A DNA stretch of 64,000 nt from Isurus oxyrinchus (Eukaryota). Under the pieces are notes generated by a model. It did not search any database, was not told the DNA's origin, and saw only the letters and a list, made by a program, of their open reading frames with translations. Shown here in pieces: positions 63,645-64,000 of the stretch. The stretch spans positions 152,086,001-152,150,000 of the forward strand of contig JANJGN010000008.1 in assembly GCA_026770705.1 (NCBI GenBank), in the 5' to 3' direction. How positions within the stretch are numbered: position 1 is the first letter of the stretch; every line of letters begins with the position of its first letter. The position numbers were made by a program, and so were the translations under genes.

Positions 63645-64000
63645 CATAGAACATAGGATTCAGCCATTCAAGCCCACAAGTCTGTTTCACCTTTCACCGA
63701 GATCATGATTGCTCTGTATCTTAACTCCATCCACCTCCCTTAGCTCTGCAGCCTTGCCTAGCTAAAATTTATTAATCGCAGATTGAAAATAATTTGTTGA
63801 GTTAGCATCCCCTGCTTTTTGTAGGAGAGGGTTCCACACTCTCCACCCTTTGTGTGAGGAAGTGTTTCCTAATTTCCCTCCCAAGCTGCCTGGCTCTGGC
63901 TTTAGGCGATGTTCTGGAGTCTCTACACAGTGGAAAATGTTTTGCTCTTTCTTAGTCATCAATTTCTTTCAAAATGCCAAAAACCTCAATCAAATCACCT
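63645..64000 (-). mobile_element. CR1 LINE 3' fragment
   Basis: catagaacatagg..gccattcaagccc..agggttccacactctccaccctttgtgtgaggaagtgtttcc. Confidence 0.7.

Overview
Eukaryotic, repeat-rich vertebrate DNA. The repeat set (Deu-domain SINEs, CR1/L2 LINEs, a Neptune-type Penelope element, PIF/Harbinger transposons) points to a cartilaginous fish such as a shark; this is an inference. There is no prokaryotic content and no intact full-length gene. The window looks like the 5' end and long first introns of an unidentified + strand gene. Evidence for that gene is a CpG-rich region with candidate exons near 6.3-6.9 kb, a possible further exon ending near 32.1 kb, and a candidate signal-peptide exon at 58198-58364. 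The best-supported content is mobile DNA. There are three decayed two-gene Harbinger transposons (DDE nuclease plus a convergent, intron-containing Myb/SANT-like gene) from two families. One of them (8392-10964) keeps perfect TIRs and a TAA target duplication and shares its ends with four MITEs that carry conserved internal palindromes. A near-intact 5'-truncated Penelope element (RT + GIY-YIG, 13-bp TSD) ends in a minimal hammerhead-like motif. A tRNA-Thr-like SINE has its empty site visible in a sister element. The rest is LINE/SINE fragments, a 3.3-kb minisatellite and a 507-nt assembly gap. Most ORFs in the supplied track are spurious. Repeat boundaries without a stated TIR or TSD are approximate. 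Family names come from motif recognition, not database searches.
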